From Ministeria vibrans ATCC 50519 (lineage: Eukaryota > Protista > Filasterea), in contig CALSCP010000656.1 in NCBI GenBank assembly GCA_943704425.1, forward strand, positions 1-57,217: a stretch of 57,217 nt of DNA, written 5' to 3'. The stretch's first letter is position 1. Each line of letters opens with the position of its first letter. A program made the translations under genes and the position numbers. The notes below the pieces were generated by a model. It had not been told where the DNA came from. It saw only the letters and a program-made list of their open reading frames with translations, and did not search any database. Positions 1 to 14,100 of this stretch are shown here, piece by piece.

Positions 1-25
1 CTCTATCACTTTGTTTCTTTCTCCC

Positions 26-28
<3 letters not shown>

Positions 29-114
<86 letters not shown>

Positions 115-115
115 C
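29..115. repeat. (CT)n microsatellite, probably in an AP3D1 intron
   Basis: Dinucleotide run seen directly, just upstream of an AG acceptor at 157-158. Confidence 0.95.
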
Positions 116-158
116 TATCGCTCCCTGATTCCTTGTCACCCTCCCCTTGGTCTCCCAG

Positions 159-3100
159 GCGCGCTTCATCTCACAGTCCATCGATGAGATCAGACAGGAG
201 CTCAAACAGGACAGCATCAACATCAAAACGCAAGCCATTGCCAAACTCACCTACGTACGCACCCACCACACCCCTGCTGCCTTCCTGGCATCCCCTCGCA
301 ACCCCCTCAACACCACAGCGATGTCTTGCCCTGTGAAAAGGCTCATCATGAGACCTTTTGTTGAGTCACTTTTGTCGTCCAAGAAAAAAAGAAAAAAAAC
401 TTAACCCCAAATCATTGCCACGCAATTCTTCCCCTTGGCCATTGCCCTCCCTTGCTTCCAGTGTATATCAGAATCGATCCGTCTTGTCCGTTCTTGTTTT
501 TTGCTCCAATCATTTGAGGTTTCATTTGCTATAAAAAAGAATCATCCGTTGAAAAATACGTAAAGCCAGCGTCACTGGCCCAGCCAAGCGGCCCATCTCG
601 TGACTCGCCTCATCGCCCGCCCCGTTTCATCGTGAGCCATCTATCTTTTCTCTCCCTTTCGTCGCAATTTCATGAAACTTGAAAAAAAAAAATGTCCTCC
701 TTCGCACTGTCGCCCTCAGATCAGTCACCAGAGGCCTCTGCTTCGTCCATCCTGCCCTCCCATGGTCCCCTGACCACGCCTGCTCCTCCTCCTTCTCCTA
801 TTTCTCCCGGGAAACACCCTCTACGCTCTTCTTTCGCAGTCACCACTCGAAAAACGTCGTTCAATTTTCTGCACTCCCACTTTGCAAACCGAGAAAAAGC
901 TCACCATTCTCTCTATTCTTCAGTTGCAAATGCTCGGCTACGATGTGGGTTTTGCTTCGTTCAACATCATCGAGGTCATGGCATCCCCAAAGTTCTCAGC
1001 CAAGCGCAGTAAGTCTACCGCTCTCCCCGCGACATGCACAACACGTCGTGTCATCATCATCATCATCATCATCATCAATCAATCAATTAATTAATTAATC
1101 AATCAATCAACTACGCCTCTCCTTTTGTTTAGTTGGCTACCTTGCCGCCTCGCAAGTGTTCAACGACGAAACGGACGTCCTCATGCTCACAACCAACATG
1201 GTGAAAAAGGTATCAATCAACACGGCGTGCCATCAACTCTTCTCAAATTTCTACAAATCCAACTAGGATCTCGCCTCCCACAACCAATTCGAGTCGGGAG
1301 TTGCCATGAACGGCCTCAGCAACTTCATCACCCCTGACATTGCTCGCGATCTTTCCAACGATCTCGTCGCCATGGTCACTTCCAGTCGCCCCTACGTCCG
1401 CAAACGTGCCACACTCATTCTCTACAAGGTACATTCCTCCGCCTCAACAATGACTTCACGCTCGATATGACCTCAACAATGACTTCACACTCGATATAAC
1501 CTCAAAAAATAACTTCACACTCGATATAACCTCCACTGCCTCTGTTTAGGTCTTCTTGAAGTTCCCCGATGCCCTTCGACCGGCCTTTTCACGTCTGCGA
1601 GACAAACTGGAAGACGCGGATCCGTCGGTGCAGAGCGCAGCAGTTAATGTCATTTGCGAACTCGCTCGCAAGAACCCCAAAAACTATCTGTCACTCGCAC
1701 CTGTCTTCTTCAAGCTGCTCACCGAGAGCCACAACAACTGGATGCTCATCAAGGTGGTGAAGCTGTTGGGTGCGCTGACGCCGCTCGAGCCGCGTCTTGG
1801 AAAAAAGCTTGTCGAGCCACTGAGCAACCTGATGACGTCGACGCCTGCCATGAGTCTCATGTACGAGTGCATCAACACAGTCATTGTGGGCATGAGCGAG
1901 CACAAGCCCATCATGCAGCTGTGTGTCAGCAAGCTGCGTCTGTTTGTTGACGACTCAGACCAGAACCTCAAGTACCTCGGTTTGCTGGCCATGGGCAAAA
2001 TCCTCAAGACACACCCTAAACTGGTCGCCGAGCACCGCGACCTGGTGCTCAAGTGTCTCGAGGAGGGCGACGAGTCTATCCGCATGCGCTGTCTCGACCT
2101 TCTCGTTGGCATGGCCACCAAGAAGAACATTGGTGACATTGTCAAGCGTCTCGTTTTTCACATGCAGTCGGCCGAGTCGACCATCTACCGAGACGAGGTC
2201 GTCGCCAAGATTATCCAGATGTGCAACCAGGACAACTACGCTCATATTTCCGACTTTGAGTGGTACGTCTCCGTCGTCATTGAGCTCACCAAGCTCGAAG
2301 CGACCCGCCACGGCCGTCTCATTGCCGCCCAGCTCATGGACGTCATCATTCGCGTCAAGGTCGTGCGTGCCTTTGCCGTGCCCCAAATGGCCGGGCTCCT
2401 TGCTAGCACACACCTCATGAATGGCAGTCAAGAGAAGAACGGAATGTGTGAAGTACGTTTTTATTTTTATTTTATTTTGTTCTTCTTCACTTCTTCCCCT
2501 CTGAATGTTTTCTTTCTCTTTTTTGGTAGGTTCTTTATGCTGCTGCTTGGATTGTCGGTGAAATGGCCGAGTTTGTGCAGCATCCGATTGTCGCGGTGAA
2601 CGCCATGATGCAGTCGCGTGTCATGTCGCTTCCAGGTCACATTCAGAGTGTATTTTTGCACAATGCCCTCAAGCTTTATGCGTTTTTGGTGCGCACGCTC
2701 GGCCACGAGAGCGAAGCGGCTCAGGAGGTTGCGACGGCCCTCAACAAGCGCCTGCCACAATTTGTGCTCTCGGGTGATCTTGAGGTGCAAGAGCGCGCGT
2801 GCTGTGTGCTTGAGCTCATGCGCTACTTTACTGCCAACTCGATGACGGAGGAGTCGGCACAGCAGTTTGTCGGTCTGTTTGCCGGTGAGTTGAACCCGGT
2901 CGCGCCCAAGGCCCAGAAGAAGGTGCCCGTGCCGGATGGACTTGATCTCGACAAGTGGATCAACGAGCCGCCCAAGGAGGAGTCGGACGAGTCGGACGAC
3001 GCCGAGGAGGCCTTCACGTTTGGCACCAATTCGTCGGGGCTTGCATCGTCGTCGTCGGGTGGTCGGCACGGAAAGAAGAAGGGTAGCAAGTCGTCGCGAG

Positions 3101-5116
3101 TGAGCGAGGGTGAGACGGAAGAGGAGCGCGAACGCAAGCGTCTGGCACGCATCGAAGCACAGCGTCAAAACCCTCACTACCTTGGTGGAGGCAGCAACGC
3201 GAGTACACCCGCGCGTAGTGCAATGGGCGCTGACATTGACGTGGATTCCATTCCCGTGCAACAGCTCGATCTTGGTGAAATGCCGCGTCTGACCCTCGAC
3301 ACCCCCGCATCGAGTATGCCGGCGTCGCTCAGCTCGAGCCCCCACGCATTTGGTGGTGGTTTCCGTATGCCCAAGCCAGCGCCCGAGAGCGAGACCAAGA
3401 CGAAGAAGAGCAGCAAGAAGGGCAAGAAGAAGAAGAGCAAGCGTGGTGGCGACGACGACGCCGACGTCGACACCAACGGACTCCAGTTTGCTATTGCCAC
3501 GGAACTGGAGATGCCTGAAGGGGCGACGCTGAGCGACGGTGAAGACGCAGGCGGTGCGGGCGGCGACGATGATGTCTACCGCGCACTCGACATGGACTTG
3601 GACGCACCATTGCGTGCGGAAGAATCTCTTCCCGTGCGCCAACATCGTCAGGTGTCGGGCATTCCCAGTGCAGTGAGTGCCACCAGCGATGCTGACGCAG
3701 AGGCACGCGCGGCCGCCAAGAAGCTGCGACGTGAGCAGAAGGAGAAGGAGAAGGAGAAGAAGAAGGAGAAGAAGCGGTCAAAGAAGGAAGCGACAAACAC
3801 GGAGGCGCCACTCGTTGCAGTGGAGTCTGGTCCGGCTGCCGATGATCTTGACTTTTGGCTTTCTCCCGCTGCCGCTGCTGCTGCGCCATCCTCTACGTCT
3901 GCACCCGCTGCTGCTGCTGCTGCTGCTTCTGCTGAAAGTAGCGAGACGGTGAAGAAGGACAAGAAGAAGAAGGACAAGAAGGACAAGAAGGACAAGAAGG
4001 ACAAGAAGGAGAAGCGACTGAGCAACAAGCAAGAGACGTTGCTCATGCTGGACGCAAGCGGCGACGACAAGAGCGTCTCCCCAACTCCCACCACCGCCTA
4101 TCGTCCCTTGGCATCCGATGCCCACATTGCTGTTGGTGTCTCCTGTGTTTGCAATCCCCTCTCGCCAAATCTTGTTCACATCGTCTTCCGCTTCCAGAAC
4201 CTCAGTCAACTAAACGTAACGAGAAACACCCATAATATGTGTCGTTTGACTGACAACCACGACCCCTTGATAGATTTCGAGCTTCACATACCAGACAATG
4301 GACAGTCTGAATGTGCAGATGTTGCGCGCAACACCCGACGCTGAAGTACCTTTGCCCATTTCACTCGCTGCAAGCTGTGTCAACGAAGCTCAGGTATCAA
4401 CTGACTCTTGTCTGTGTGTATGTGTGTGAGTACTTTCTCTCTCCATCACGTTGTTTTCTTTTCTCTTTGGTTCTCACCGTGTGTATGTTTTTTTTTTAGG
4501 TCTCGTACTCTGTGAAGAAGATCACAGTCGCTCAGAGACTGCGGGGCACTTTGACGTACATGGTGCAGACTGAGTCGGGCATGAGCAGTGAGAAGCTTGA
4601 CTTCAAACTGCCCCTCACGCCCACCAACTTCTTCTACCCGACGCCGTGTGAGCAAGGCGCGTTTGCCTCGTTACTTTCCAGTGGCGCACTTGGCTCCCCG
4701 GTCTCTGCCCGCACGCAGGCCAAGGATGCCACTGCTCCGTTTACTGCCACTGTCGCTCAAATCTGCGGAGCACTCCGCTTCTTCTGTGTCGAACAGGTCA
4801 CACACCACAACCCATCTACTTATTGATATGAGTCTGTCTAATCACAAAGTCTCTCTCTGTATGTGTAGATGGACTCGGCTGCATCACTCTACGGTTGCAG
4901 TGTGCAAAACCATCAAGTGGCGGTTCTCCTCAAGAAGATTGACTCAGGGTAAGTCTTGGCTTTTTTTTTTTCAATCATGATTGAAAACTGTTTTTGTTTT
5001 TTTGTTTGTGCGGACGGGTTGTTTGTAGAGTCAGTATTGATCTGAAGTGCAGCGACTCGGAGTTGGGCAGTGCCGTGATGGATGAGATCAAGGCAGTGAT
5101 TGAAGGGAAAGAGTGA
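159..5116 (+). CDS. AP3D1: AP-3 complex subunit delta (multi-exon, 5' partial)
   Basis: Spliced exons: ARFISQSIDEIRQELKQD..AKLTY, LQMLGYDVGFASFNIIEVM, VNVICELARKNPKNY, DSDQNLKYLGL, GELNPVAPKAQKKVPVPDGLDLD; Lys-rich hinge; ear domain ending IEGKE* at 5116; GT-AG introns. Confidence 0.95.
1441..1534. repeat. Intronic tandem repeat, ~29-30 bp x3
   Basis: cctcaacaatgacttcac(g/a)ctcgatat(g/a)a repeated head to tail. Confidence 0.85.
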
Positions 5117-5414
5117 GGGAGCGAAAGAGAGAATGAATCTAAAAGGAGAATTTTTAGCAATCGAGATATTGATGAGTAGTCAATGAGGATAAGTAACAAT
5201 CTAAAAACCCCCCTAAAAGGGGAATAGGACGTGATTAAGAAAACAAATAGATAATCGAGAGCAATGTCAAAACAAGACATACAATATAATACAATAAGAA
5301 AATAAATAGAAAATATAGAAATTATATTTTAATAAATTTTATTGTGAGATCACACTCTGCTAATGATTGTGTCTGTTGTGATTATGTATTAGTCTTTTTT
5401 TTCCTTCAATTCCA

Positions 5415-7195
5415 ATGACTGACGAAAATGCGACAACCCCTGTTCGCCAACAGCATGTCTTTGACGAAGGTGCTCTGTTGAAGTACCTCTGTGCCGAGGG
5501 AGTCTGTAGCATGCCTTGCAGCCTCACTGTGGGTCAGTTTACCTCTGGACAATCAAACCCGACGTTTCTGCTCAAACTGTCGTCGTCGACGCACTCTCCG
5601 CGCCACCTCGTGATGCGCAAGAAGCCTCCGGGGAAGCTCCTGCGTGGTGCGCATCAAGTTGAGCGTGAATTTCGCATTCAGAAGGTACAACACAAACAGC
5701 GAACGCTCTTTGACCGCTCAGCCTGTGACTCACGTAGGCTCTGCACTCCATTGGCTTTCCGGTGCCTCGCGTGCTCTGTCTGTGCGTCGACCGCAGCGTG
5801 TTGGGCACCGAGTTCTACGTGATGGAGCGTGTGGATGGGCGCATTTTCCGCGATCCGCGTTTGCCCGGAATGTCGCCGCACGAACGCACTGCCGTCTACG
5901 AGGCAATGGCGCAGACGCTGGCTCGGCTGCACGCCGTCGACTGGCGCGCACTTGACTTGGCCAACTTTGGCAAGGTGGGTGGCTTCTTTGCGCGTCAGGT
6001 CTCGACCTGGTCCAAGCAGTATGCGGCGAGTCAAGTGGACCCAGTTGACGAGATGGAGGAACTGGGCGCCTGGCTGCGCAACAACACCCCGCAAGGCGAT
6101 GCATCGTCGTCGGGCGAGACGACTCGCATTGTTCATGGCGACTACCGCATGGAGAACATGATTTTCCACCCGACAGAAGCGCGTGTGATCGCCGTGCTCG
6201 ACTGGGAACTGGCGACCCTCGGTGCGCCCGTGGCCGACCTCGCCTACGTCTGCATGCCCTACCGCATTCCTCCTGTCAGTGACAAGGCACCGGGCCTGCT
6301 CGACCTGGACTTTGCAGCGCTGGGCATCCCCACCGAGACGGCCTTTCACCAACACTACTGCGCCACGCACCGCTCGACCACATCCTTCGCTTACCCCATG
6401 CCCCACTTTGATTTTGCAGTCGCTTTCAGCTTCTACCGCCTTGCTGCCATTGCGCAGGGTGTCTACAAGCGCTCTCTGCAGGGCAACGCAAGCAGCGAGA
6501 GTGCAGGCGAGTACCGCATGGCCGTGCCTTTCCTCGCGTCCATTGGCGTCTCCGCCACCACACAACAATCGCCTCTCCCCACCTCCTCCCACTCCCTCCA
6601 TGCCCTCTCCCTTAGCAGCAGTGGTAGTGGTAGCAGCGCATTGCAGTCTATGTTTGAGTACTCTCCGCGTGTCACTGCCTTGCGCACCCAGCTCACCCAA
6701 TTTATGGACACGCACATATACGCTGCCGAGAAGGAGTACTTTGATTTTGTCGAGTCCTCCTCGGATCGCTGGGCTCACATTCCGCCCTGCATGGAGCGCC
6801 TCAAGTCTCTTGCACGCGCACAGGGCCTCTGGAACCTTTTTCTTCCGTCCGAGTCGGGTCTGTCGCAGTTGGAGTATGCTCCTCTTGCCGAGATTATGGG
6901 TCGCTCGCCCATTGCGCCAGAAGTGTTCAACTGTGCCGCACCAGACACAGGAAATATGGAGGTGTGCACACAATGTGTGTGAATCACATTTGACTTGTAC
7001 TCGTTCGTGACATGCTCACTCTCTGGCTGTGTTATTCAGGTGTTGCATTTGTACGGGTCTGAAGCACAAAAGAAGGAGTGGCTTGAGCCACTGTTGGACG
7101 GGCGCATCCGATCGTGTTTCTGCATGACAGAACCCGATGTGGCCAGTTCCGATGCGACCAACATTGCTTGTCAGTTTAGACGCGATGGGAATGAT
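5415..7195 (+). CDS. ACAD10/ACAD11-like APH-phosphotransferase + acyl-CoA dehydrogenase fusion; 3' part missing from the window
   Basis: [45 protein letters not shown], then [36 protein letters not shown]; last recognisable exon ends at a GT donor at 7196. Confidence 0.88.
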
Positions 7196-7442
7196 GTACG
7201 AGACAAACACAGAGAGAAAGCCAGACGAACAACAGAGTGTTTTTGCGCGTATATTGTGTGAGTGTGAAGTATAAGCTGTGATGTGTCGTTTGTGAATAGT
7301 TCACTTTGACTGTGATGTGCTGTTTGTGTGAACTGACAATGCATTATTTCGTTTTTTTTTTTTTTTTTTTTTTTGTGTTTTTGTGTTTTGTATTGTGTTT
7401 CGTTTCTCACACATTCTCTCCTCTTTCTTCTCTGATGTACAG

Positions 7443-8641
7443 CGACTGGTTTCCCTCGTGTCAAGGACCAGTTAGTTAACCCGTCTGCACGAACGACACT
7501 GTAAGTACACACGCCGCACCCGTTTTATCGTTTGCTTCTCTGCTGTGATGTCAAAAACTGTTTAGAATACTCAATGTGTCACTTATTGTGACTTATATGT
7601 GGATTCACTAGAGAGCCTGAGCAAACACCCTTACTCTGTCTATGTTCTTTGTGTTTCTGTTGTCTTCCACTGATTCACTTCTTTTTCTCATTACAGAGTG
7701 ACCATAAAGACTCAGAATGAAGAATGTGACTCTCATGACGTCTCTCTATCACCACTCTCACGTCAAAGAGCCTCCCAAATGTCTTAAGGAATGGTTCAGT
7801 TTACCAAGGAATGGTTGTCCCTTTTTTTTGTTGAAGAAAAGTGATTGTAATGCAGACACCAACCGTTTTTTTATTTACTTAAATTTTTGTCGATTAGTGT
7901 TGAGTGTGTACTACCTTGCAATGCAGAAACCCAACTCGAAACCAACTCGCGTTTTTTTTTGTACACTGTGATCCACCAACCAGTCGTTTATTATTCTTAT
8001 GCTGATGTGAACAGTTTCCGGACGGCCTCGGCATCGTCGCAGGCCTTGTCGCCCAGCATGGTCTCAACCTACACACACCACCGCCACCACCGGCTCGTTG
8101 CTGTTGCATTGCCACACCTTCAACCACAACGTACCTTGCCCTTGTGCATGAGAGTGGGAACACCCGAAACACTGTGTTTGGTGCGAAAGGGGTTCTCTTG
8201 GTCTTTCCAGCTAAACAGGCACAAACAGCCGAGTTGACATTTCGCTTTGATATGAATCTCCTTACAAAGTGCGACCGCCAACAAACACATGGAGGAGTGT
8301 GCCGGCAAGCTGCTCGTCGGCAGCAGCAGCCTCAACCACAGGCATGGCACGCACACAGTCGGGGCACCTGCGATGGACGACACCTCTCTATTAGCGCCAT
8401 CCCCTCACCCACCGCCCAACACAGCGTACCACGACTTTCCTGTCTCGCTATCAAGGTCGGCACAGAAGAACACCACAACCTTGGGCTCCTACAAGCACTC
8501 GTTAGAATGCGACAGACCGAGAGAGGAGACCAAAAAATGATCCATGTTGAGTTTTCATCATCCTACGTCCGCCAGGTCTGCGACAGCCTTGGTGAAGGCA
8601 TCATAGCCGTGAACAGTGATCGTCTTCATAATGATAGTTAG
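7443..8641 (+). CDS. Probable 3' exons of an unidentified gene
   Basis: AG/GT-bounded GC-richer blocks (e.g. 7443-7500, ~7697-7792) and an ORF ending at 8641; no ACAD motifs; exon structure uncertain. Confidence 0.3.
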
Positions 8642-8723
8642 AGAACAGTCAACAGAAAAAACACAGAAAAAATATTAAATAACACAATTGATCGAACTAA
8701 TTCGAACTAATTTTTTATTTGAG

Positions 8724-10354
8724 ATGCTCGTTGTACTAATAGCGACGCTCGCGTTGATCGTGAACCCCTCGTGGGCGCAGGTGCGACAGGTCTCGATCAA
8801 CCCGTGCGGCACGGGCGTCTGCTCCGACAATGTTGCTGTCGTCCGCTCCACAACCAGCGTCGACTCCATGGTCTACGTCTGGAGCACCGTGGGCGCCCCC
8901 GCCGTCTCCATGGCCTACTGCCCCTCGTCGGTACCCCTGTCGCCCTTCGATCCGTTCCCTATTGCTCATTCTGCTGTTGTCATATGCTTTTTTTTTTGCA
9001 GTCCGATTGCAACGTCTCCTTCAACCGAACAGAGCTTCTTGCGCTCCACCCCGGAGGAGCCATGTTCACCGGTGCCGCCGTGCTTGAGGCGCAGGCCTTT
9101 GTAGTGTCCACCGTCGTTGAATTTGACGATTCCGACAAGAGCTCTCTCTACGGTGCGCTTTTTTTCGGTTGTTTGCGAATCACGTCCTTACGCCTTCCAT
9201 TCCGTCGTTTAGCGCCCAGCAAGGTTGTGAAAACCATGGACTTGAGTCAGTCCAAGTGGACCACCATGGAGCTCGCCAGCAACAACCTCACCATCACCAC
9301 CTGTACCATTCCCAAAGTTGTCTGTCTGACGGTATGCTGATTGCACTCGATTGGCGCCACTTGAATGACCCCTCTCTTCAGTTCAACGCCGAGACACACA
9401 CCCAGCGTAGCCCCAACCCTCCACGCCAGCTGCTCAGTGCCAACGCCACTGCTGCACTCGTCGCTGTCCATAACTTTACTTTTGTCCAACCCAAAACCAA
9501 ACTTGCGCTGGGCCTCCAGTTCATCTCACTCGACACAAAACCCGTCGAACGTACGCACACACGCAAAAAAAAAAACATCCTTATTGAAAAAGAGACACCA
9601 AACTCAACAAATCCATGGAACCTTATACTTGTTAGACGCCTCACCCAACACCATCGGGTACTTTGACCACCGATCAATCGATGACGAGTACTCGCCGACT
9701 GTCTTTCACGTCATGCAAGTGCGCATGTCTAACAACACCCGGGCCCGTAACGCCGTCTACACCCAATGGAAGGTAATGCACTGCCCTGTGCATGCTATCT
9801 CCTCTCACTGTGTTTTTCCCTTCCGTGTCCAGCCTGTCGGGTACTCGTCGTCTCCCGCCGAAAACACCGCATCTACCAATGCACAGCTGTACCTTCCCGA
9901 GTTCAACAATGCAACGCAACCTCCACCCGTGCCTTCGATGGCGTCCGTCCTGGCTTCCACCCAGGGTCTCATTGGCCTGCGTGCGTCTCACATGGCCTTT
10001 GGCGAACCCCAAGACAAGAAGTACAGCCCCTCGCACATGCAGTGGTCCATCCAGGTATCCCCTCTCTCATATATTATAATAATAATGATAATAATAATGA
10101 TAATAATAATAATAATTTATTAATTTTATTATAATTATAATTATATATTATATGCGTACATACATGCCACACACTAAATGTCTCCTCCTTAGATTGGCTA
10201 TGGCTACTACATCGCAACGCCTCTCTCCGCCTCCATCATCACCATGATCGTTTTCTCCCTCGGCCTGCCCATCATCATCCTCGTCGGGGGTGCCATCTAC
10301 CTCTTCGTCAAGAAGCGCAAGGCCAAGACTGCCTCCTATGGCCCCATCAACTGA
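8724..10354 (+). CDS. GLMP: Glycosylated lysosomal membrane protein (NCU-G1 family), multi-exon
   Basis: Signal peptide; RQVSIN, YVWSTVGAPAV, SIDDEYSPTVF, YTQWK|PVGYS; C-terminal TM; tail KKRKAKTASYGPIN with a lysosomal YxxI motif. Confidence 0.88.
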
Positions 10355-10982
10355 GTGTGTTGTTCTCAGACAAGTAAAAGTACTCTTCTTAATTATAAAT
10401 CACATCCAAAAAGGAGTGCACTTCTGTGCAACGGCATAGTCTCATCCTTGACGACTCGCTTGGCTCACCGTTCTCTTAGCTCTTGCCATCTCGTCAATTT
10501 CTGGGTTGACACAGCCGCGTCGTCAGAAAAGAGAGCGCTGTGCATATTAGTAGACAGCGTGTTAATCTCATTGGTGCAGTAGTAACACCGTCTTCTCTCT
10601 TTGGGCGGATGATGCCTTGGCGGGGGTTAATTAAGACCACCACGTAAAACGCGTGACTCGTGCGTCACTCGCCGCCAGTTGTTGACACTCGTTGACAGTC
10701 GTCCGGGTTTCTCAATCTTCGGTTCATCTTCGACCGAAATGCCCCTTGGTGAACTCGACGTGACACAATAACAACAACAACAACATGATCCGTTTTGCTA
10801 CCACGCATCCGGACGTGAGGACAGCCATCGTTCTTCTCACTCCCATTAAAAATTGATACGAAGCTGTTCTTCTCCTGGGTTTCCCTTAAAATATCCCAAT
10901 TACTACCTAACGATCAGTCACGACTCTCGTGCGACTCTCCAGTGGTTGGTTAAAACAATGGATACCACCTCATGACTTATCA

Positions 10983-11004
10983 CTCATGACTCATGAGTCA
11001 TGAG
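10983..11004. promoter_or_regulatory. 22-bp perfect palindrome with two AP-1-like sites (TGACTCA/TGAGTCA)
   Basis: ctcatgactcatgagtcatgag, ~200 bp upstream of the ATG at 11200. Confidence 0.45.
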
Positions 11005-11199
11005 CATCAGAGCATGCCTACAATTCACATGAGATCTTTTTTACGTCCCTCAATGACGAAAAGAATATGAATACGTGTCGAAGAGTCAACGAACTTTTTC
11101 TCCGATAATTTTAATTAATTTTGGAATAATTTGGAATTTTGGATCACTTTTTTCCCCTCTTTCTTTTCCTCCACCTCAATCCTGCCTCTTGCTCTCGCC

Positions 11200-14100
11200 A
11201 TGTCTACAACGAGCAGCATGAGTGTGGACGAGGCTTTTCAACCGCACCTTTCAAAGTTCGAGCACTCCGTCAACGTGTACCGAACAAATCGCAATCTCGC
11301 GCAATTTTCCGCCACCCGCCAAGAGGTCATGCAAGCGATGCTTTCGGGGATGGGGCAGTCCCTAGACGATGTGCAGCAGTGGATGACCTTTGATATGCTT
11401 CCCACGACGAACAACGGCTTTCGACCTGCCGAACCTACCGCTCTAAAATTTCCCGATCATCTTTCGACATATGCGAGCATCGACGGACTTCGCGTCAACG
11501 CCGCCACCGGAGAGGTCAAAGTCCTTGCTACTCCGCCGTCCGCGTCGGCTCCTGCGCTCGTAAGCGACGCTGACATTGAGTTTGTCCTCCGCAACGGCAT
11601 CTCGGAAATGGCCTTCTCTCTCGACAATGCTGTGCGCGGTACACGCGTCCAGCCACTCCAAGAGGCTTCGGTGCGGCCCCAGATCGTGCAACGCGAAGGA
11701 GGCGACATCTTTAAGACGTTGATCAGCGCCGACATGCTCCTCAAGACACTCTCGACGGGGCAGGAAGTCTCACGTATGGGTCCCACGTTTGAGCAGCGAT
11801 CAACTGAGGATCGTCGCGGCATGATGAGGAGCCTTGACGCTCAGACAAGCTTTCAAGTGCGATCGGTCCAGTCGCGCACAGTCGAAGAACACCTCATGTA
11901 TGGAGAGCAGGCGAATTTGGCCCATGTCGCACGTAAGTGGTTTGACTCAAACACCATCGAGCACACCATGACAGTGGACGGTGACGAGACATTGTTCGTG
12001 CTGGGGCACTCCGAGCTCATCATTAAAGGACAGGTGTTTCGCAAGCGCACCAAAGAGGATGGTCCACCTCCAGCCTTTGACACAACCGGTGATTACTTGC
12101 TCCGCCACGGTCTTGTTGAAATGCCTAGCACCGGACGAACTCCGGACGAACAGTTCGTGAACGCGCTCAACCCTCACATGTCGTCGTTGTGTCAAACTTT
12201 CCCCGATCTTGCGCGTCTACGACAGCTCTATCGTATCGTGGCGGTGTGCAAGCTGCTAATGGCGCACGGCGACCATCTGGCAGCGAACAACCAGAACGAT
12301 ACAATCGAGCGACTGCACCGCCAGTCCACCTTTGCGTTGCTTCCCGCGCATCGCCCCGCAGCGCCCACAGGCCCAACATCTTCCACAAAGCGCCATTGTT
12401 TTATTCCTACAAGCGTGTGTCTTGGCGAGGACAACGACATCAAGGAAGACATGCAGCCAGCCGCTGAAAACAACGACGTGCCGCATCCTCTTGGTGCGGT
12501 TGTCGATGCGCAGGATGAGTATGCGATGTGGTTTACTGGCAAGATATTGATGGTTCAAGACCATCGTCGCTACGTGCATTTCGATAGTTGGGACTCCGCA
12601 TATGACACGTGGTTGCCCCTCGATCTGAACCGCATAGTGGACAAGAACACACATACGCCGCCTGGCCGGAGCAGCGGGCCCGGATCCGGTGTCTTTCGGC
12701 CAAACTTGGAAGAAGGAGCCATTGTTGAGGTATTGCACGGTCGTGCATCAAACGGCACGCTCGTATACAAGCCGGCAAAGTACGTCTCATCAACCGACGA
12801 AACCTGGACCGTCTGTTCCGAAGACGGCGGGGCCGGGGCACCGGTTGTGACTGCTCATTTTGCACAACAGGCTGGTCTCATTCGCCTTGCTCCCATCAAC
12901 AATTCGGCGACTATCCAAGAGATTTCATCAGGATTACTGCGTCCGGGCCACGACCTTGATGCGTGCGACGAATACGGCATCTGCTACACTGCCAGTGTAG
13001 TTGACGTTGATCTACCAACGAATACGGTCAAAGTCAAGTACGACGGCTGGGAAGACAAGTGGATGGCATGGCATCCCATGTCGACTGACACACTTGCGCC
13101 CATGTTCACCTATGTTCCGCAAGGCACTCGTACGACTCGGTGCGTTGTGAACGGTGTCACGGTCCGTATCGGCACCATGCCCCACCCGCATGCCTTTCCT
13201 GAGGGCACTCGTGTTGATGTGCGGTACCCGCCGACGCAGGGCACGTTCCACGAAGCCATTGTTTTGGAGCAGTTGAATGCTGGCCTGGAACGAAGCGTGC
13301 GCGTGCGTTTTTGCGACGAAGATGCAGCGCCAGAAAATCGCGAGGTTGTCTTAAAGATTGCTGATGGTCTTGTGCGCCAGAAAACGCCCAATCTTTTCAA
13401 TCCAGCAACACCCGAGGCTATTGTCACCGGTGATCTACGTGTGGGCCATGACGTTGACGTATGCGACGATTACTTTTGCTGGTCAACGGCAACCATCACG
13501 AAAGTGTCAAAGGAAAGTGTCACGTTGTCAGACGGCACTGAAGAACTCCAACCCGAGTCGGAGGATCAAAAGGCCTCTACAGTTGTCACGGTCACTTATC
13601 ATGGCTGGCCTGCTTTGTGGGACGAACGCATCGAGCTGCCATCGTCTCGTATTCAGCCGCTGCACACTCACACGCGAGCGGGATTCCGCTCCGCCGACAA
13701 TCGTATTGGACGTTTTGTGGTGCCACCTGTGCATTCGTCAGTTCTAATCCGACAGAGCTCACTAATGCCTGGCGAGACATCGAGTAGTCAAGCGAACTTC
13801 TACCAACGGGCAAAGATAGTCGCTGCGAACGACGCGGAGCACGTCTGTCTGCAGATCGAGGGCCAAAATGACACTGTGAGACTTTCGATAGCATCGTTGA
13901 CCCTTGGCCAGCTTAAAGATGACACGATTGTTCAGCGAGCTCCTACGCTGGCCGCCAACTACACATTTGGTGGCATCAAGATGAATCCCTTGTTGAAGCG
14001 CGTTGCGAACATCTCTCTTGGAGAATCGGCGTGTCATGTTGCACATTATATCGATCAACACATTCCTGCGATATCGCCATTTCAAGCACCGCCGAAGAAT

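Noticed and set aside
1441-1534. ~29-bp repeats as a CRISPR array
   Set aside because: Head-to-tail with no spacers, intronic, eukaryotic context and no cas genes
2467-6973. Long antisense ORFs (e.g. 2467-3645 and 5678-6973)
   Set aside because: Shadows of GC-rich AP3D1 and ACAD exons with no recognisable motifs
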